Source of the DNA: Lingula anatina
Lineage: Eukaryota > Animalia > Brachiopoda
Direction: 5' to 3'
Assembly: GCA_051362555.1 (NCBI GenBank)
Contig: CM120644.1
Span: forward strand, 20,544,534 to 20,608,533
DNA length: 64,000 nucleotides
Positions within the stretch are counted from its first letter, which is position 1. The number at the start of each line of letters is the position of its first letter. The position numbers and the translations under genes were made by a program. Shown one piece after another: positions 11,224 through 27,789 of the stretch. The notes under the pieces were generated by a model that worked only from the letters and a program-made list of their open reading frames with translations, made no database searches and was not told where the DNA came from.

Positions 11224-14200
11224 TTAAGCCTTGTCTCCTTGAAAAATTTTAAAACAGTGAAACCTACGTGACAATTTTCCCAAATGATAATTTCTCAGGT
11301 ACCACATATATTGTAGATGGTCACAGTTCGATTAAAAAGAATCATCAGTATGGTAATATATCATTGTTGCACTGACCTGTGCTGAGGTTGCGAGGTTGTG
11401 ATCAGCTCAGCTGTCCTCTGTGTGATGATCATCCACAAAACACACCTCCATCTCTACTGAAAACAGATAACACATCATCAATAAAAAATATATTTATAGA
11501 CACATACAGTATAGTTAAAAAACAGAAATAACACAGTGGTCAAAATATATTATATTATATTATATTATATTATATTATATTATATTATATTATATTATAT
11601 TATATTATGATAAAAACATGCAGCGACAACAGATATAGACAGTGATCAGAATACATACAGACACAACCAATTTCACAACAGACAATGTATGGGCATCACA
11701 ATATATACAAGAAATTTTGTCTATATCAGGATTTTCGCTAAGCGAATCCTTGCCCCCCCCCCCCCCCCCCACTAAAACAGATAATATAAAGCCTTGTCAC
11801 CTTGAAAATATTTAAAACAGTGGAACCATGAGACAATTTTCCAAAATGATTACAGTGACAAAAATATATTATTATATTATAATAAAAACATACAGCGACA
11901 ATATACATATATAGACAGTGATTAGAATACATACAGACACATTGAACCTCACAACACACAAAGCACAGGCATCGGAATGTATGCATGAAATTTTCTCTGT
12001 ATCAAGACTTTTGCTAAGCGAATCCTTGACTCCTGCACCTCCAACTCCAAACAGGTAACATCAACCCTTGTCACTTTCAAAATATATAAAACAGACTGGA
12101 ACTTACGTGACAATTTTCCCAAATGATAATTTCTCAGGTACCACATATATTGTCGATGGTCACAGTTCGATTTAAAAGAATCATCAGTATGGCAATATCA
12201 TTGTTGCACTGACCTGCGCTGAGGTTGCAAGGTTGTGATCAGCTCAGCTGTCCTCTGTGTGATAATCATCCAGAAAACACACCTCCATCTCTACTAAAAA
12301 CAGATAACACATCATCAATAAAAAATACATTTAAAGACACGTACAGTGGTTATAACAAAGAAATTACAGTGACAGAAATATATTATTATATTATAATAAA
12401 AACATACAGCGACAATAGACATATATAGACAGTGATCAGAATACATACAGACACATCCAATTTCACAACAGACAATGCACAGGCATTACAATATATACAA
12501 GAAATTTTGTCTATGTATCAAGATTTTTGCTCAGCGAATTCTTGTCCCCCCCCCCCCCAAACTCCAAAAAGACAATATAAAGCCTTGTCACCTTGAAAAT
12601 ATTTAAAACAGTGGAAGCACGTGACAATTTTCCAAAATGATTACAGTGACAAAAATATATTATTATATTATAATAAAAACATACAGCAACAATAGACATA
12701 TATAGACAGTGATTAGAATACATACAGACACATTTAACGTCACAACACACAAAGCACAGGCATCGGAATGTATGCATGAAATTTTCTCTTTATCAAGACA
12801 TTTGCTAAGCGAATCCTTGACTCTCCCCCTCCCACCCCCAACTCCAAGCAGGTAACATTAACCCTTGTCACCTTCAAAATATATAAAACAGACTAGAACC
12901 TAAGTTACAATTTTCCCAAATGATAATTTCTCAGGTACCACATATAGTGTCGATGATCACAGTTCGATAAAAAAGAATCATCAGTATGGCAATATCATTG
13001 TTGCACTGACCTGTGCTGAGGTTGCGAGGTTGAATTAAGCTCAGCTGTCCTCAGTGTTATGATAATCCAGTAAACACACCTTCATCTCTACTGAAAACAG
13101 ATAATACATCATCAATAAAAAATATATTTATAGACACATACAGTGGTTATAACACAGAAATTACAGTGACCAAAATACATTATTTTTTTTATATTATAAT
13201 AAAAACATACAGCGATAACTGACATAGACAGTGATCAGAATACATACAGACCCATCCAATTTCACAACAGACAATGTACAGGCATCACAATATATACAAG
13301 AAATTTTGTTTATATCAAGATTTTTGCTAAGCGAATCCTTGACCCCCCCCCCTCCCACCCCCAACTCCAAACAGATAATATTAAGCCTTGTCTCCTTGAA
13401 AATATTTAAAACAGTGCAACCTACGTGACAATTTTCCCAAATGATAATTTCTCAGGTACCACATATATTGTCGATGGTCACAGTTCGATTAAAAAGAATC
13501 ATCAGTATGGTAATATCATTGTTGCACTGACCTGTGCTGAGGTTGAGAGGTTGTGATCAGCTCAGCTGTCCTCTGTGTGATGATCATCCACAAAACACAC
13601 CTCCATCTCTACTGAAAACAGATAACACATCATCAATAAAAATATATATTTATAGACACATACAGTATAGTTAAAAAACAGAAATAACACAGTGGTCAAA
13701 ATATATTATATTATATTATATTATATTATATTATATTATATTATATTATATTATAATAAAAACATGCAGCGACAACAGATATAGACAGTGATCAGAATAC
13801 ATACAGACCCATCCAATTTCAAAACAGACAATGTACAGGCATCACAATATATATACAAGAAATTTTGTTTATATCAAGATTTTTGGTAAGCGAATCCTTG
13901 ACCCCCCCCTCCCACCCCCAACTCCAAACAGATAATATTAAGCCTTGTCTCCTTGAAAATATTTAAAACAGTGCAACCTACGTGACAATTTTCCCAAATG
14001 ATAATTTCTCAGGTACCACATATATTGTCGATGGTCACAGTTCGATTAAAAAGAATCATCAGTATGGTAATATCATTGTTGCACTGACCTGTACTGAGGT
14101 TGAGAGGTTGTGATCAGCTCAGCTGTCCTCTGTGTGATGATCATCCACAAAACACAACTCCATCTCTACTGAAAACAGATAACACATCATCAATAAAAAA

Positions 14201-14673
14201 TATATTTATAGACACATACAGTATAGTTAAAAAACAGAAATAACACAGTGGTCAAAATATATTATATTATATTATATTATATTATATTATATTATATCAT
14301 ATCATATTATATTATATTATATTATATTATAATAAAAACATACAGCGATAACTGACATAGACAGTGATCAGAATACATACAGACCCATCCAATTTCACAA
14401 CAGACAATGTACAGGCATCACAATATATATACAAGAAATTTTGTTTATATCAAGATTTTTGTTAAGCAAATCCTTGACCCCCCCTCCCACCCCCAACTCC
14501 AAAAAGATAATATTAAGCCTTGTCTCCTTGAAAATATTTAAAACAGTGCAACCTACGTGACAATTTTCCCAAATGATAATTTCTCAGGTACTACATATAT
14601 TGTCGATGGTCACAGTTCGATTAAAAAGAATCATCAGTATGGCAATATCATTGTTGTACTGACCTGTGCTGAG

Positions 14674-14676
<3 letters not shown>

Positions 14677-14704
<28 letters not shown>

Positions 14705-15392
14705 TTTATTTTCGTATAAAGGCATTTGCCCAGATTACAAATGTAAATGGTTCATATAACGTAACTATTGCGCATGCGGAGAGCTCATGTACGTGCACTA
14801 TCCGTTGCAAAAAAAGATTCTCTTTTTCTAAAGGCATAATAAACATAATTAATCAGGTTAATCATCAAATCTCTGTCATTGGAAGACATAAGCTGTCTAA
14901 ACCTTTGGATATTTGGTTGACAGGTGTACCTGTTTGGTATATATTTTGTTCTTAAGTCCCTGTACATCTCACATGTTAACAAAAAGTGATATTCGTTTTC
15001 TATTTCGTCCTTACATAGTGTGCATACCCTCTCGTTCGAGGGTATGTTGTCATGTCTACCTTTTTCAATCATAAGATTATGGTTTCCACACCTGAGCCTG
15101 GCGAAAGCAGCTAAGTGCGCTTCCGGGAGATTCAACAATAAATAATTTTCTTTTTGAAATACAGATTTAAATATACAATACAAATTTAATTTAGACGAGT
15201 TCTGTAACTGGCCGTTCCATTCTTGAATGTAGCAATCTTTCATTCTTGTCTTAAAAATTTCTAAAAAATATATCTCATTCTCAACACCCTGATTGTACCA
15301 TACAAACCCAAAACCATATCTAAAAAGTATTTCTTTAATTTTTGTCGCCCATGTAATTCGACCAGCCTGATCTAATACCAACATAATCTTAT
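14677..15392 (-). mobile_element. 5'-truncated non-LTR retrotransposon (RTE-X-like ORF2 C-terminus), copy 1
   Basis: Poly-A tail (T run 14675-14697) and TSD CTGTGCTGAGGTT (14664-14676, 15393-15405). ORF 14785-15384 has ARLRCGNHNLMIEKGR..ERVCTLC..IENEYHFLLTC (C-terminal CCHC). Confidence 0.9.
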
Positions 15393-18300
15393 CTGTGCTG
15401 AGGTTGCGAGGTTGTGATCAGGTCAGCTGTCCTCGTTGTGATGATGATCCAGAAAACACACCTTCATCTCTACTGAAAACAGATAATACATCATCAATAA
15501 AAAATATACTTATATACACATACAGTATAGTTAAAAAACAAAAATAACACAGTGGTCAAAATATATTATATTATATTATATTATATTATATTATATTATA
15601 TTATATCATATTATATTATATTATATTATATTATATTATATTATAATAAAAACATGCAGCGACAACAGATATAGACAGTGATCAGAATACATACAGACAC
15701 AACCAATTTCACAACAGACAATGTATGGGCATCACAATATATACAAGAAATTTTGTCTATATCAGGATTTTTGCTAAGCGAATCCTTGACACCCCCCCCC
15801 CCCCAACTCCAAACAGATAATATTAAGCCTAGTCACCTTGAAAATATTTAAAACAGTGGAAGCACGTGACAATTTTCCAAAATGATTACAGTGACAAAAA
15901 TATATTATTATATTATAATAAAAACATACAGCGACAATAGACATATATAGACAGTGATTAGAATACATACAGACACATTGAACCTCACAACACACAAAGC
16001 ACAGGCATCGGAATGTATGCATGAAATTTTCTCTGTATCAAGACTTTTGCTAAGCGAATCCTTGACTCCTGCACCTCCAACTCCAAACAGGTAACATTAA
16101 CCCTTGTCACTTTCAAAATATATAAAACAGACTGGAACTTACTTGACAATTTTCCCAAATGATAATTTCTCAGGTACCACATATATTGTCGATGGTCACA
16201 GTTCGATTTAAAAGAATCATCAGTATGGCAATATCATTGTTGCACTGACCTGTGCTGAGGTTGCGAGGTTGCGATCAGCTCAGTTGTCCTCTGTGTGATG
16301 ATCATCCACAAAACACACCTCCATCTCTACTGAAAACAGATAACACATCATCAATAAAAAATATATTTAAAGACACGTACAGTGGTTATAACAAAGAAAT
16401 TACAGTGACCAAAATATATTATTATATTATAATAAAAACATACAGCGACAATAGACATATATAGACAGTGATCAGAATACATACAGACACATCCAATTTC
16501 ACAACAGACAATGTACGGGCATTACGATATATACAAGAAATTTTGTCTATGTATCAAGATTTTTGCTCAGCGAATTCTCGTCCCCCCCTCCCCCCCCCAA
16601 AAAAAAAAACACCAAAAAGACAATATAAAGCCTTGTCACCTTGAAAATATTTAAAACAGTGGAAGCACGTGACAATTTTCCAAAATGATTACAGTGACAA
16701 AAATATATTATTATATTATAATAAAAACGTACAGCGACAATAGACATATGTAGACAGTGATTAGAATACATACAGACACATTTAACGTCACAACACACAA
16801 AGCACAGGCATCGGAATGTATGCATGAAATTTTCTCTGTATCAAGACTTTTGCTAAGCGAATCCTTGACTCCCCCCCTCCCACCCCCAACATACAGCGAT
16901 AACTGACATAGACAGTGATCAGAATACATACAGACACATCCAATTTCACAACAGACAATGTACAGGCATCACAATATATACAAGAAATTTTGTTAATATC
17001 AATATTTTTATTAAGCAAATCCTTAACACCCCCCCCCTCCCACCCCCAACTCCAAACAGATAATATTAAGCCTTGTCTCCTTGAAAATATTTAAAACAGT
17101 GCAACCTACGTGACAATTTTCCCAAATGATAATTTCTCAGGTACCACATATATTGTCGATGGTCACAGTTCGATTAAAAAGAATCATCAGTATGGTAATA
17201 TCATTGTTGCACTGACCTGCGCTGAGGTTGCAAGGTTGTGATCAGCTCAGCTGTCCTCTGTGTGATAATCATCCAGAAAACACACCTCCATCTCTACTGA
17301 AAACAGATAACACATCATCAATAAAAAATACATTTAAAGACACGTACAGTGGTTATAACAAAGAAATTACAGTGACCAAAATATATTATTATATTATAAT
17401 AAAAACATACAGTGACAATAGACATATATAGACAGTGATCAGAATACATACAGACACATCCAATTTCACAACAGACAATGTACGGGCATTACAATATATA
17501 CAAGAAATTTTGTCTATGTATCAAGATTTTTGCTCAGCGAATTCTTGTCCCCCCCCCCCCCCCCAAACTCCAAAAAGACAATATAAAGCCTTGTCACCTT
17601 GAAAATATTTAAAAAAGTGGAAGCACGTGACAATTTTCCAAAATGATTACAGTGACAAAAATATATTATTATATTATAATAAAAACATACAGCAACAATA
17701 GACATATATAGACAGTGATTAGAATACATACAGACACATTTAACGTCACAACACACAAAGCACAGGCACCGGAATGTATGCATGAAATTTTCTCTTTATC
17801 AAGACATTTGCTAAGCGAATCCTTGACTCTCCCCCTCCCACCCCCAACTCCAAGCAGGTAACATTAACCCTTGTCACCTTCAAAATATATAAAACAGACT
17901 AGAACCTAAGTTACAATTTTCCCAAATGATAATTTCTCAGGTACCACATATAGTGTCGATGATCACAGTTCGATAAAAAAGAATCATCAGTATGGCAATA
18001 TCATTGTTGCACTGACCTGTGCTGAGGTTGCGAGGTTGAATTAAGCTCAGCTGTCCTCAGTGTTATGATAATCCAGTAAACACACCTTCATCTCTACTGA
18101 AAACAAATAATACATCATCAATAAAAAATATATTTATAGACACATACAGTGGTTATAACACAGAAATTACAGTGACCAAAATACATTATTTTTTTTATAT
18201 TATAATAAAAACATACAGCGATAACTGACATAGACAGTGATCAGAATACATACAGACCCATCCAATTTCACAACAGACAATGTACAGGCATCACAATATA

Positions 18301-20258
18301 TACAAGAAATTTTGTTTATATCAAGATTTTTGCTAAGCGAATCCTTGACCCCCCCCCTCCCACCCCCAACTCCAAACAGATAATATTAAGCCTTGTCTCC
18401 TTGAAAATATTTAAAACAGTGCAACCTACGTGACAATTTTCCCAAATGATAATTTCTCAGGTACCACATATATTGTCGATGGTCACAGTTCGATTAAAAA
18501 GAATCATCAGTATGGTAATATCATTGTTGCACTGACCTGTGCTGAGGTTGAGAGGTTGTGATCAGCTCAGCTGTCATCTGTGTGATGATCATCCACAAAA
18601 CACACCTCCATCTCTACTGAAAACAGATAACACATCATCAATAAAAAATATATTTATAGACACATACAGTATAGTTAAAAAACAGAAATAACAAAGTGGT
18701 CAAAATATATTATATTATATTATATTATATTATATTATATTATATTATAATAAAAACATGCAGCGATAACAGATATAGACAGTGATCAGAATACATACAG
18801 ACCCATCCAATTTCAAAACAGACAATGTACAGGCATCACAATATATATACAAGAAATTTTGTTTATATCAAGATTTTTGGTAAGCGAATCCTTGACCCCC
18901 CCCCTCCCACCCCCAACTCCAAACAGATAATATTAAGCCTTGTCTCCTTGAAAATATTTAAAACAGTGCAACCTACGTGACAATTTTCCCAAATGATAAT
19001 TTCTCAGGTACCACATATATTGTCGATGGTCACAGTTCGATTAAAAAGAATCATCAGTATGGTAATATCATTGTTGCACTGACCTGTGCTGAGGTTGAGA
19101 GGTTGTGATCAGCTCAGCTGTCCTCTGTGTGATGATCATCCACAAAACACACCTCCATCTCTACTGAAAACAGATAACACATCATCAATAAAAAATATAT
19201 TTATAGACACATACAGTATAGTTAAAAAACAGAAATAACAAAGTGGTCAAAATATATTATATTATATTATATTATATTATATTATATTATATTATATTAT
19301 ATTATATTATATTATATTATAATAAAAACATGCAGCGACAACAGATATAGACAGTGATCAGAATACATACAGACCCATCCAATTTCAAAACAGACAATGT
19401 ACAGGCATCACAATATATATACAAGAAATTTTGTTTATATCAAGATTTTTGGTAAGCGAATCCTTGACCCCCCCCCTCCCACCCCCAACTCCAAACAGAT
19501 AATATTAAGCCTTGTCTCCTTGAAAATATTTAAAACAGTGCAACCTACGTGACAATTTTCCCAAATGATAATTTCTCAGGTACCACATATATTGTCGATG
19601 GTCACAGTTCGATTAAAAAGAATCATCAGTATGGTAATATCATTGTTGCACTGACCTGTGCTGAGGTTGAGAGGTTGTGATCAGCTCAGCTGTCCTCTGT
19701 GTGATGATCATCCACAAAACACAACTCCATCTCTACTGAAAACAGATAACACATCATCAATAAAAAATATATTTATAGACACATACAGTATAGTTAAAAA
19801 ACAGAAATAACACAGTGGTCAAAATATATTATATTATATTATATTATATTATATTATATTATATTATATCATATCATATAATATTATATTATATTATATT
19901 ATATTATATTATAATAAAAACATACAGCGATAACTGACATAGACAGTGATCAGAATACATACAGACCCATCCAATTTCACAACAGACAATGTACAGGCAT
20001 CACAATATATATACAAGAAATTTTGTTTATATCAAGATTTTTGTTAAGCAAATCCTTGACCCCCCCTCCCACCCCCAACTCCAAAAAGATAATATTAAGC
20101 CTTGTCTCCTTGAAAATATTTAAAACAGTGAAACCTACGTGACAATTTTCCCAAATGATAATTTCTCAGGTACTACATATATTGTCGATGGTCACAGTTC
20201 GATTAAAAAGAATCATCAGTATGGCAATATCATTGTTGTACTGACCTGTGCTGAGGTT

Positions 20259-20973
20259 TTTTTTTTTTTTTTTTTTTTCAAGATATTTATTTTCGTATAA
20301 AGGCATTTGCCCAGATTACAAATGTAAATGGTTCATATAACGTAACTATTGCGCATGCGGAGAGCTCATGTACGTGCACTATCCGTTGCAAAAAAAGATT
20401 CTCTTTTTCTAAAGGCATAATAAACATAATTAATCAGGTTAATCATCAAATCTCTGTCATTGGAAGACATAAGCTGTCTAAACCTTTGGATATTTGGTTG
20501 ACAGGTGTACCTGTTTGGTATATATTTTGTTCTTAAGTCCCTGTACATCTCACATGTTAACAAAAAGTGATATTCGTTTTCTATTTCGTCCTTACATATT
20601 GTGCATACCCTCTCGTTCGAGGGTATGTTGTCATGTCTACCTTTTTCAATCATAAGATTATGGTTTCCACACCTGAGCCTGGCGAAAGCAGCTAAGTGCG
20701 CTTTCGGGAGATTCAACAATAAATAATTTTCTTTTTGAAATACAGATTTAAATATACAATACAAATTTAATTTAGACGAGTTCTGTAACTGGCCGTTCCA
20801 TTCTTGAATGTAGCAATCTTTCATTCTTGTCTTAAAAATTTCTAAAAAATATATCTCATTCTCAACACCCTGATTGTACCATACAAACCCAAAACCATAT
20901 CTAAAAAGTATTTCTTTAATTTTTGTCGCCCATGTAATTCGACCAGCCTGATCTAATACCAACATAATCTTAT
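20259..20973 (-). mobile_element. RTE-X-like LINE 3' fragment, copy 2
   Basis: Same truncation point, TSD and flanks as copy 1; ORF 20366-20965. Confidence 0.9.
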
Positions 20974-23900
20974 CTGTGCTGAGGTTGCGAGGTTGTGATC
21001 AGGTCAGCTGTCCTCGTTGTGATGATGATCCAGAAAACACACCTTCATCTCTACTGAAAACAGAAAATACATCATCAATAAAAAATATACTTATATACAC
21101 ATACAGTATAGTTAAAAAACAAAAATAACACAGTGGTCAAAATATATTATATTATATTATATTATATTATATTATATTATATCATATTATATTATATTAT
21201 ATTATATTATAATAAAAACATGCAGCGACAACAGATATAGACAGTGATCAGAATACATACAGACACAACCAATTTCACAACAGACAATGTATGGGCATCA
21301 CAATATATACAAGAAATTTTGTCTATATCAGGATTTTTGCTAAGCGAATCCTTGACACCCCCCCCCCCCCCCAACTCCAAACAGATAATATTAAGCCTTG
21401 TCACCTTGAAAATATTTAAAACAGTGGAAGCATGTGACAATTTTCCAAAATGATTACAGTGACAAAAATATATTATTATATTATAATAAAAACATACAGC
21501 GACAATAGACATATATAGACAGTGATTAGAATACATACAGACACATTGAACGTCACAACACACAAAGCACAGGCATCGGAATGTATGCATGAAATTTTCT
21601 CTGTATCAAGACTTTTGCTAAGCGAATCCTTGACTCCTGCACCTCCAACTCCAAACAGGTAACATTAACCCTTGTCACTTTCAAAATATATAAAACAGAC
21701 TGGAACTTACTTGACAATTTTCCCAAATGATAATTTCTCAGGTACCACATATATTGTCGATGGTCACAGTTCGATTTAAAAGAATCATCAGTATGGCAAT
21801 ATCATTGTTGCACTGACCTGTGCTGAGGTTGCGAGGTTGCGATCAGCTCAGCTGTTCTCTGTGTGATGATCATCCACAAAACACACCTCCATCTCTACTG
21901 AAAACAGATAACACATCATCAATAAAAAATATATTTAAAGACACGTACAGTGGTTATAACAAAGAAATTACAGTGACCAAAATATATTATTATATTATAA
22001 TAAAAACATACAGCGACAATAGACATATATAGACAGTGATCAGAATACATACAGACACATCCAATTTCACAACAGACAATGTACGGGCATTACAATATAT
22101 ACAAGAAATTTTGTCTATGTATCAAGATTTTTGCTCAGCGAATTCTCGTCCCCCCCTCCCCCCCCAAAAAAAAACACCAAAAAGACAATATAAAGCCTTG
22201 TCACCTTGAAAATATTTAAAACAGTGGAAGCACGTGACAATTTTCCAAAATGATTACAGTGACAAAAATATATTATTATATTATAATAAAAACGTACAGC
22301 GACAATAGACATATATAGACAGTGATTAGAATACATACAGACAGACACATTTAACGTCACAACACACAAAGCACAGGCATCGGAATGTATGCATGAAATT
22401 TTCTCTGTATCAAGACTTTTGCTAAGCGAATCCTTGACTCCCCCCCTCCCACCCCCAACATACAGCGATAACTGACATAGACAGTGATCAGAATACATAC
22501 AGACCCATCCAATTTCACAACAGACAATGTACAGGCATCACAATATATACAAGAAATTTTGTTAATATCAATATTTTTATTAAGCAAATCCTTAACACCC
22601 CCCCCCCCTCCCACCCCCAACTCCAAACAGATAATATTAAGCCTTGTCTCCTTGAAAATATTTAAAACAGTGCAACCTACGTGACAATTTTCCCAAATGA
22701 TAATTTCTCAGGTACCACATATATTGTCGATGGTCACAGTTCGATTAAAAAGAATCATCAGTATGGTAATATCATTGTTGCACTGACCTGCGCTGAGGTT
22801 GCAAGGTTGTGATCAGCTCAGCTGTCCTCTGTGTGATAATCATCCAGAAAACACACCTCCATCTCTACTGAAAACAGATAACACATCATCAATAAAAAAT
22901 ACATTTAAAGACACGTACAGTGGTTATAACAAAGAAATTACAGTGACCAAAATATATTATTATATTATAATAAAAACATACAGTGACAATAGACATATAT
23001 AGACAGTGATCAGAATACATACAGACACATCCAATTTCACAACAGACAATGTACGGGCATTACAATATATACAAGAAATTTTGTCTATGTATCAAGATTT
23101 TTGCTCAGCGAATTCTTGTCCCCCCCCCCCCCCCAAACTCCAAAAAGACAATATAAAGCCTTGTCACCTTGAAAATATTTAAAAAAGTGGAAGCACGTGA
23201 CAATTTTCCAAAATGATTACAGTGACAAAAATATATTATTATATTATAATAAAAACATACAGCAACAATAGACATATATAGACAGTGATTAGAATACATA
23301 CAGACACATTTAACGTCACAACACACAAAGCACAGGCACCGGAATGTATGCATGAAATTTTCTCTTTATCAAGACATTTGCTAAGCGAATCCTTGACTCT
23401 CCCCCTCCCACCCCCAACTCCAAGCAGGTAACATTAACCCTTGTCACCTTCAAAATATATAAAACAGACTAGAACCTAAGTTACAATTTTCCCAAATGAT
23501 AATTTCTCAGGTACCACATATAGTGTCGATGATCACAGTTCGATAAAAAAGAATCATCAGTATGGCAATATCATTGTTGCACTGACCTGTGCTGAGGTTG
23601 CGAGGTTGAATTAAGCTCAGCTGTCCTCAGTGTTATGATAATCCAGTAAACACACCTTCATCTCTACTGAAAACATATAATACATCATCAATAAAAAATA
23701 TATTTATAGACACATACAGTGGTTATAACACAGAAATTACAGTGACCAAAATACATTATTTTTTTTATATTATAATAAAAACATACAGCGATAACTGACA
23801 TAGACAGTGATCAGAATACATACAGACCCATCCAATTTCACAACAGACAATGTACAGGCATCACAATATATACAAGAAATTTTGTTTATATCAAGATTTT

Positions 23901-25828
23901 TGCTAAGCGAATCCTTGACCCCCCCCCTCCCACCCCCAACTCCAAACAGATAATATTAAGCCTTGTCTCCTTGAAAATATTTAAAACAGTGCAACCTACG
24001 TGACAATTTTCCCAAATGATAATTTCTCAGGTACCACATATATTGTCGATGGTCACAGTTCGATTAAAAAGAATCATCAGTATGGTAATATCATTGTTGC
24101 ACTGACCTGTGCTGAGGTTGAGAGGTTGTGATCAGCTCAGCTGTCCTCTGTGTGATGATCATCCACAAAACACACCTCCATCTCTACTGAAAACAGATAA
24201 CACATCATCAATAAAAAATATATTTATAGACACATACAGTATAGTTAAAAAACAGAAATAACAAAGTGGTCAAAATATATTATATTATATTATATTATAT
24301 TATATTATATTATATTATATTATAATAAAAACATGCAGCGACAACAGATATAGACAGTGATCAGAATACATACAGACCCATCCAATTTCAAAACAGACAA
24401 TGTACAGGCATCACAATATATATACAAGAAATTTTGTTTATATCAAGATTTTTGGTAAGCGAATCCTTGACCCCCCCCCTCCCACCCCCAACTCCAAACA
24501 GATAATATTAAGCCTTGTCTCCTTGAAAATATTTAAAACAGTGCAACCTACGTGACAATTTTCCCAAATGATAATTTCTCAGGTACCACATATATTGTCG
24601 ATGGTCACAGTTCGATTAAAAAGAATCATCAGTATGGTAATATCATTGTTGCACTGACCTGTGCTGAGGTTGAGAGGTTGTGATCAGCTCAGCTGTCCTC
24701 TGTGTGATGATCATCCACAAAACACACCTCCATCTCTACTGAAAACAGATAACACATCATCAATAAAAAATATATTTATAGACACATACAGTATAGTTAA
24801 AAAACAGAAATAACAAAGTGGTCAAAATATATTATATTATATTATATTATATTATATTATATTATATTATATTATATTATATTATATTATAATAAAAACA
24901 TGCAGCGACAACAGATATAGACAGTGATCAGAATACATACAGACCCATCCAATTTCAAAACAGACAATGTACAGGCATCACAATATATATACAAGAAATT
25001 TTGTTTATATCAAGATTTTTGGTAAGCGAATCCTTGACCCCCCCCCTCCCACCCCCAACTCCAAACAGATAATATTAAGCCTTGTCTCCTTGAAAATATT
25101 TAAAACAGTGCAACCTACGTGACAATTTTCCCAAATGATAATTTCTCAGGTACCACATATATTGTCGATGGTCACAGTTCGATTAAAAAGAATCATCAGT
25201 ATGGTAATATCATTGTTGCACTGACCTGTGCTGAGGTTGAGAGGTTGTGATCAGCTCAGCTGTCCTCTGTGTGATGATCATCCACAAAACACAACTCCAT
25301 CTCTACTGAAAACAGATAACACATCATCAATAAAAAATATATTTATAGACACATACAGTATAGTTAAAAAACAGAAATAACACAGTGGTCAAAATATATT
25401 ATATTATATTATATTATATTATATTATATTATATTATATTATATCATATCATATAATATTATATTATATTATATTATATTATAATAAAAACATACAGCGA
25501 TAACTGACATAGACAGTGATCAGAATACATACAGACCCATCCAATTTCACAACAGACAATGTACAGGCATCACAATATATATACAAGAAATTTTGTTTAT
25601 ATCAAGATTTTTGTTAAGCAAATCCTTGACCCCCCCTCCCACCCCCAACTCCAAAAAGATAATATTAAGCCTTGTCTCCTTGAAAATATTTAAAACAGTG
25701 AAACCTACGTGACAATTTTCCCAAATGATAATTTCTCAGGTACTACATATATTGTCGATGGTCACAGTTCGATTAAAAAGAATCATCAGTATGGCAATAT
25801 CATTGTTGTACTGACCTGTGCTGAGGTT

Positions 25829-26543
25829 TTTTTTTTTTTTTTTTTTTTCAAGATATTTATTTTCGTATAAAGGCATTTGCCCAGATTACAAATGTAAATG
25901 GTTCATATAACGTAACTATTGCGCATGCGGAGAGCTCATGTACGTGCACTATCCGTTGCAAAAAAAGATTCTCTTTTTCTAAAGGCATAATAAACATAAT
26001 TAATCAGGTTAATCATCAAATCTCTGTCATTGGAAGACATAAGCTGTCTAAACCTTTGGATATTTGGTTGACAGGTGTACCTGTTTGGTATATATTTTGT
26101 TCTTAAGTCCCTGTACATCTCACATGTTAACAAAAAGTGATATTCGTTTTCTATTTCGTCCTTACATATTGTGCATACCCTCTCGTTCGAGGGTATGTTG
26201 TCATGTCTACCTTTTTCAATCATAAGATTATGGTTTCCACACCTGAGCCTGGCGAAAGCAGCTAAGTGCGCTTTCGGGAGATTCAACAATAAATAATTTT
26301 CTTTTTGAAATACAGATTTAAATATACAATACAAATTTAATTTAGACGAGTTCTGTAACTGGCCGTTCCATTCTTGAATGTAGCAATCTTTCATTCTTGT
26401 CTTAAAAATTTCTAAAAAATATATCTCATTCTCAACACCCTGATTGTACCATACAAACCCAAAACCATATCTAAAAAGTATTTCTTTAATTTTTGTCGCC
26501 CATGTAATTCGACCAGCCTGATCTAATACCAACATAATCTTAT
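25829..26543 (-). mobile_element. RTE-X-like LINE 3' fragment, copy 3
   Basis: Same truncation point, TSD and flanks; ORF 25936-26535, protein identical to copy 2. Confidence 0.9.
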
Positions 26544-27789
26544 CTGTGCTGAGGTTGCGAGGTTGTGATCAGGTCAGCTGTCCTCGTTGTGATGATGATC
26601 CAGAAAACACACCTTCATCTCTACTGAAAACAGATAATACATCATCAATAAAAAATATACTTATATACACATACAGTATAGTTAAAAAACAAAAATAACA
26701 CAGTGGTCAAAATATATTATATTATATTATATTATATTATATTATATTATATTATATTATATTATATTATATCATATTATATTATATTATATTATAATAA
26801 AAACATGCAGCGACAACAGATATAGACAGTGATCAGAATACATACAGACACAACCAATTTCACAACAGACAATGTATGGGCATCACAATATATACAAGAA
26901 ATTTTGTCTATATCAGGATTTTTGCTAAGCGAATCCTTGACACCCCCCCCCCCCAACTCCAAACAGATAATATTAAGCCTTGTCACCTTGAAAATATTTA
27001 AAACAGTGGAAGCATGTGACAATTTTCCAAAATGATTACAGTGACAAAAATATATTATTATATTATAATAAAAACATACAGCGACAATAGACATATATAG
27101 ACAGTGATTAGAATACATACAGACACATTGAACGTCACAACACACAAAGCACAGGCATCGGAATGTATGCATGAAATTTTCTCTGTATCAAGACTTTTGC
27201 TAAGCGAATCCTTGACTCCTGCACCTCCAACTCCAAACAGGTAACATTAACCCTTGTCACTTTCAAAATATATAAAACAGACTGGAACTTACTTGACAAT
27301 TTTCCCAAATGATAATTTCTCAGGTACCACATATATTGTCGATGGTCACAGTTCGATTTAAAAGAATCATCAGTATGGCAATATCATTGTTGCACTGACC
27401 TGTGCTGAGGTTGCGAGGTTGCGATCAGCTCAGCTGTTCTCTGTGTGATGATCATCCACAAAACACACCTCCATCTCTACTGAAAACAGATAACACATCA
27501 TCAATAAAAAATATATTTAAAGACACGTACAGTGGTTATAACAAAGAAATTACAGTGACCAAAATATATTATTATATTATAATAAAAACATACAGCGACA
27601 ATAGACATATATAGACAGTGATCAGAATACATACAGACACATCCAATTTCACAACAGACAATGTACGGGCATTACAATATATACAAGAAATTTTGTCTAT
27701 GTATCAAGATTTTTGCTCAGCGAATTCTCGTCCCCCCCTCCCCCCCCAAAAAAAAACACCAAAAAGACAATATAAAGCCTTGTCACCTT

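Noticed and set aside
14677-26543. Site-specific LINE inserting three times at one target
   Set aside because: Identical truncation points and shared flanking variants indicate one insertion that was later duplicated.
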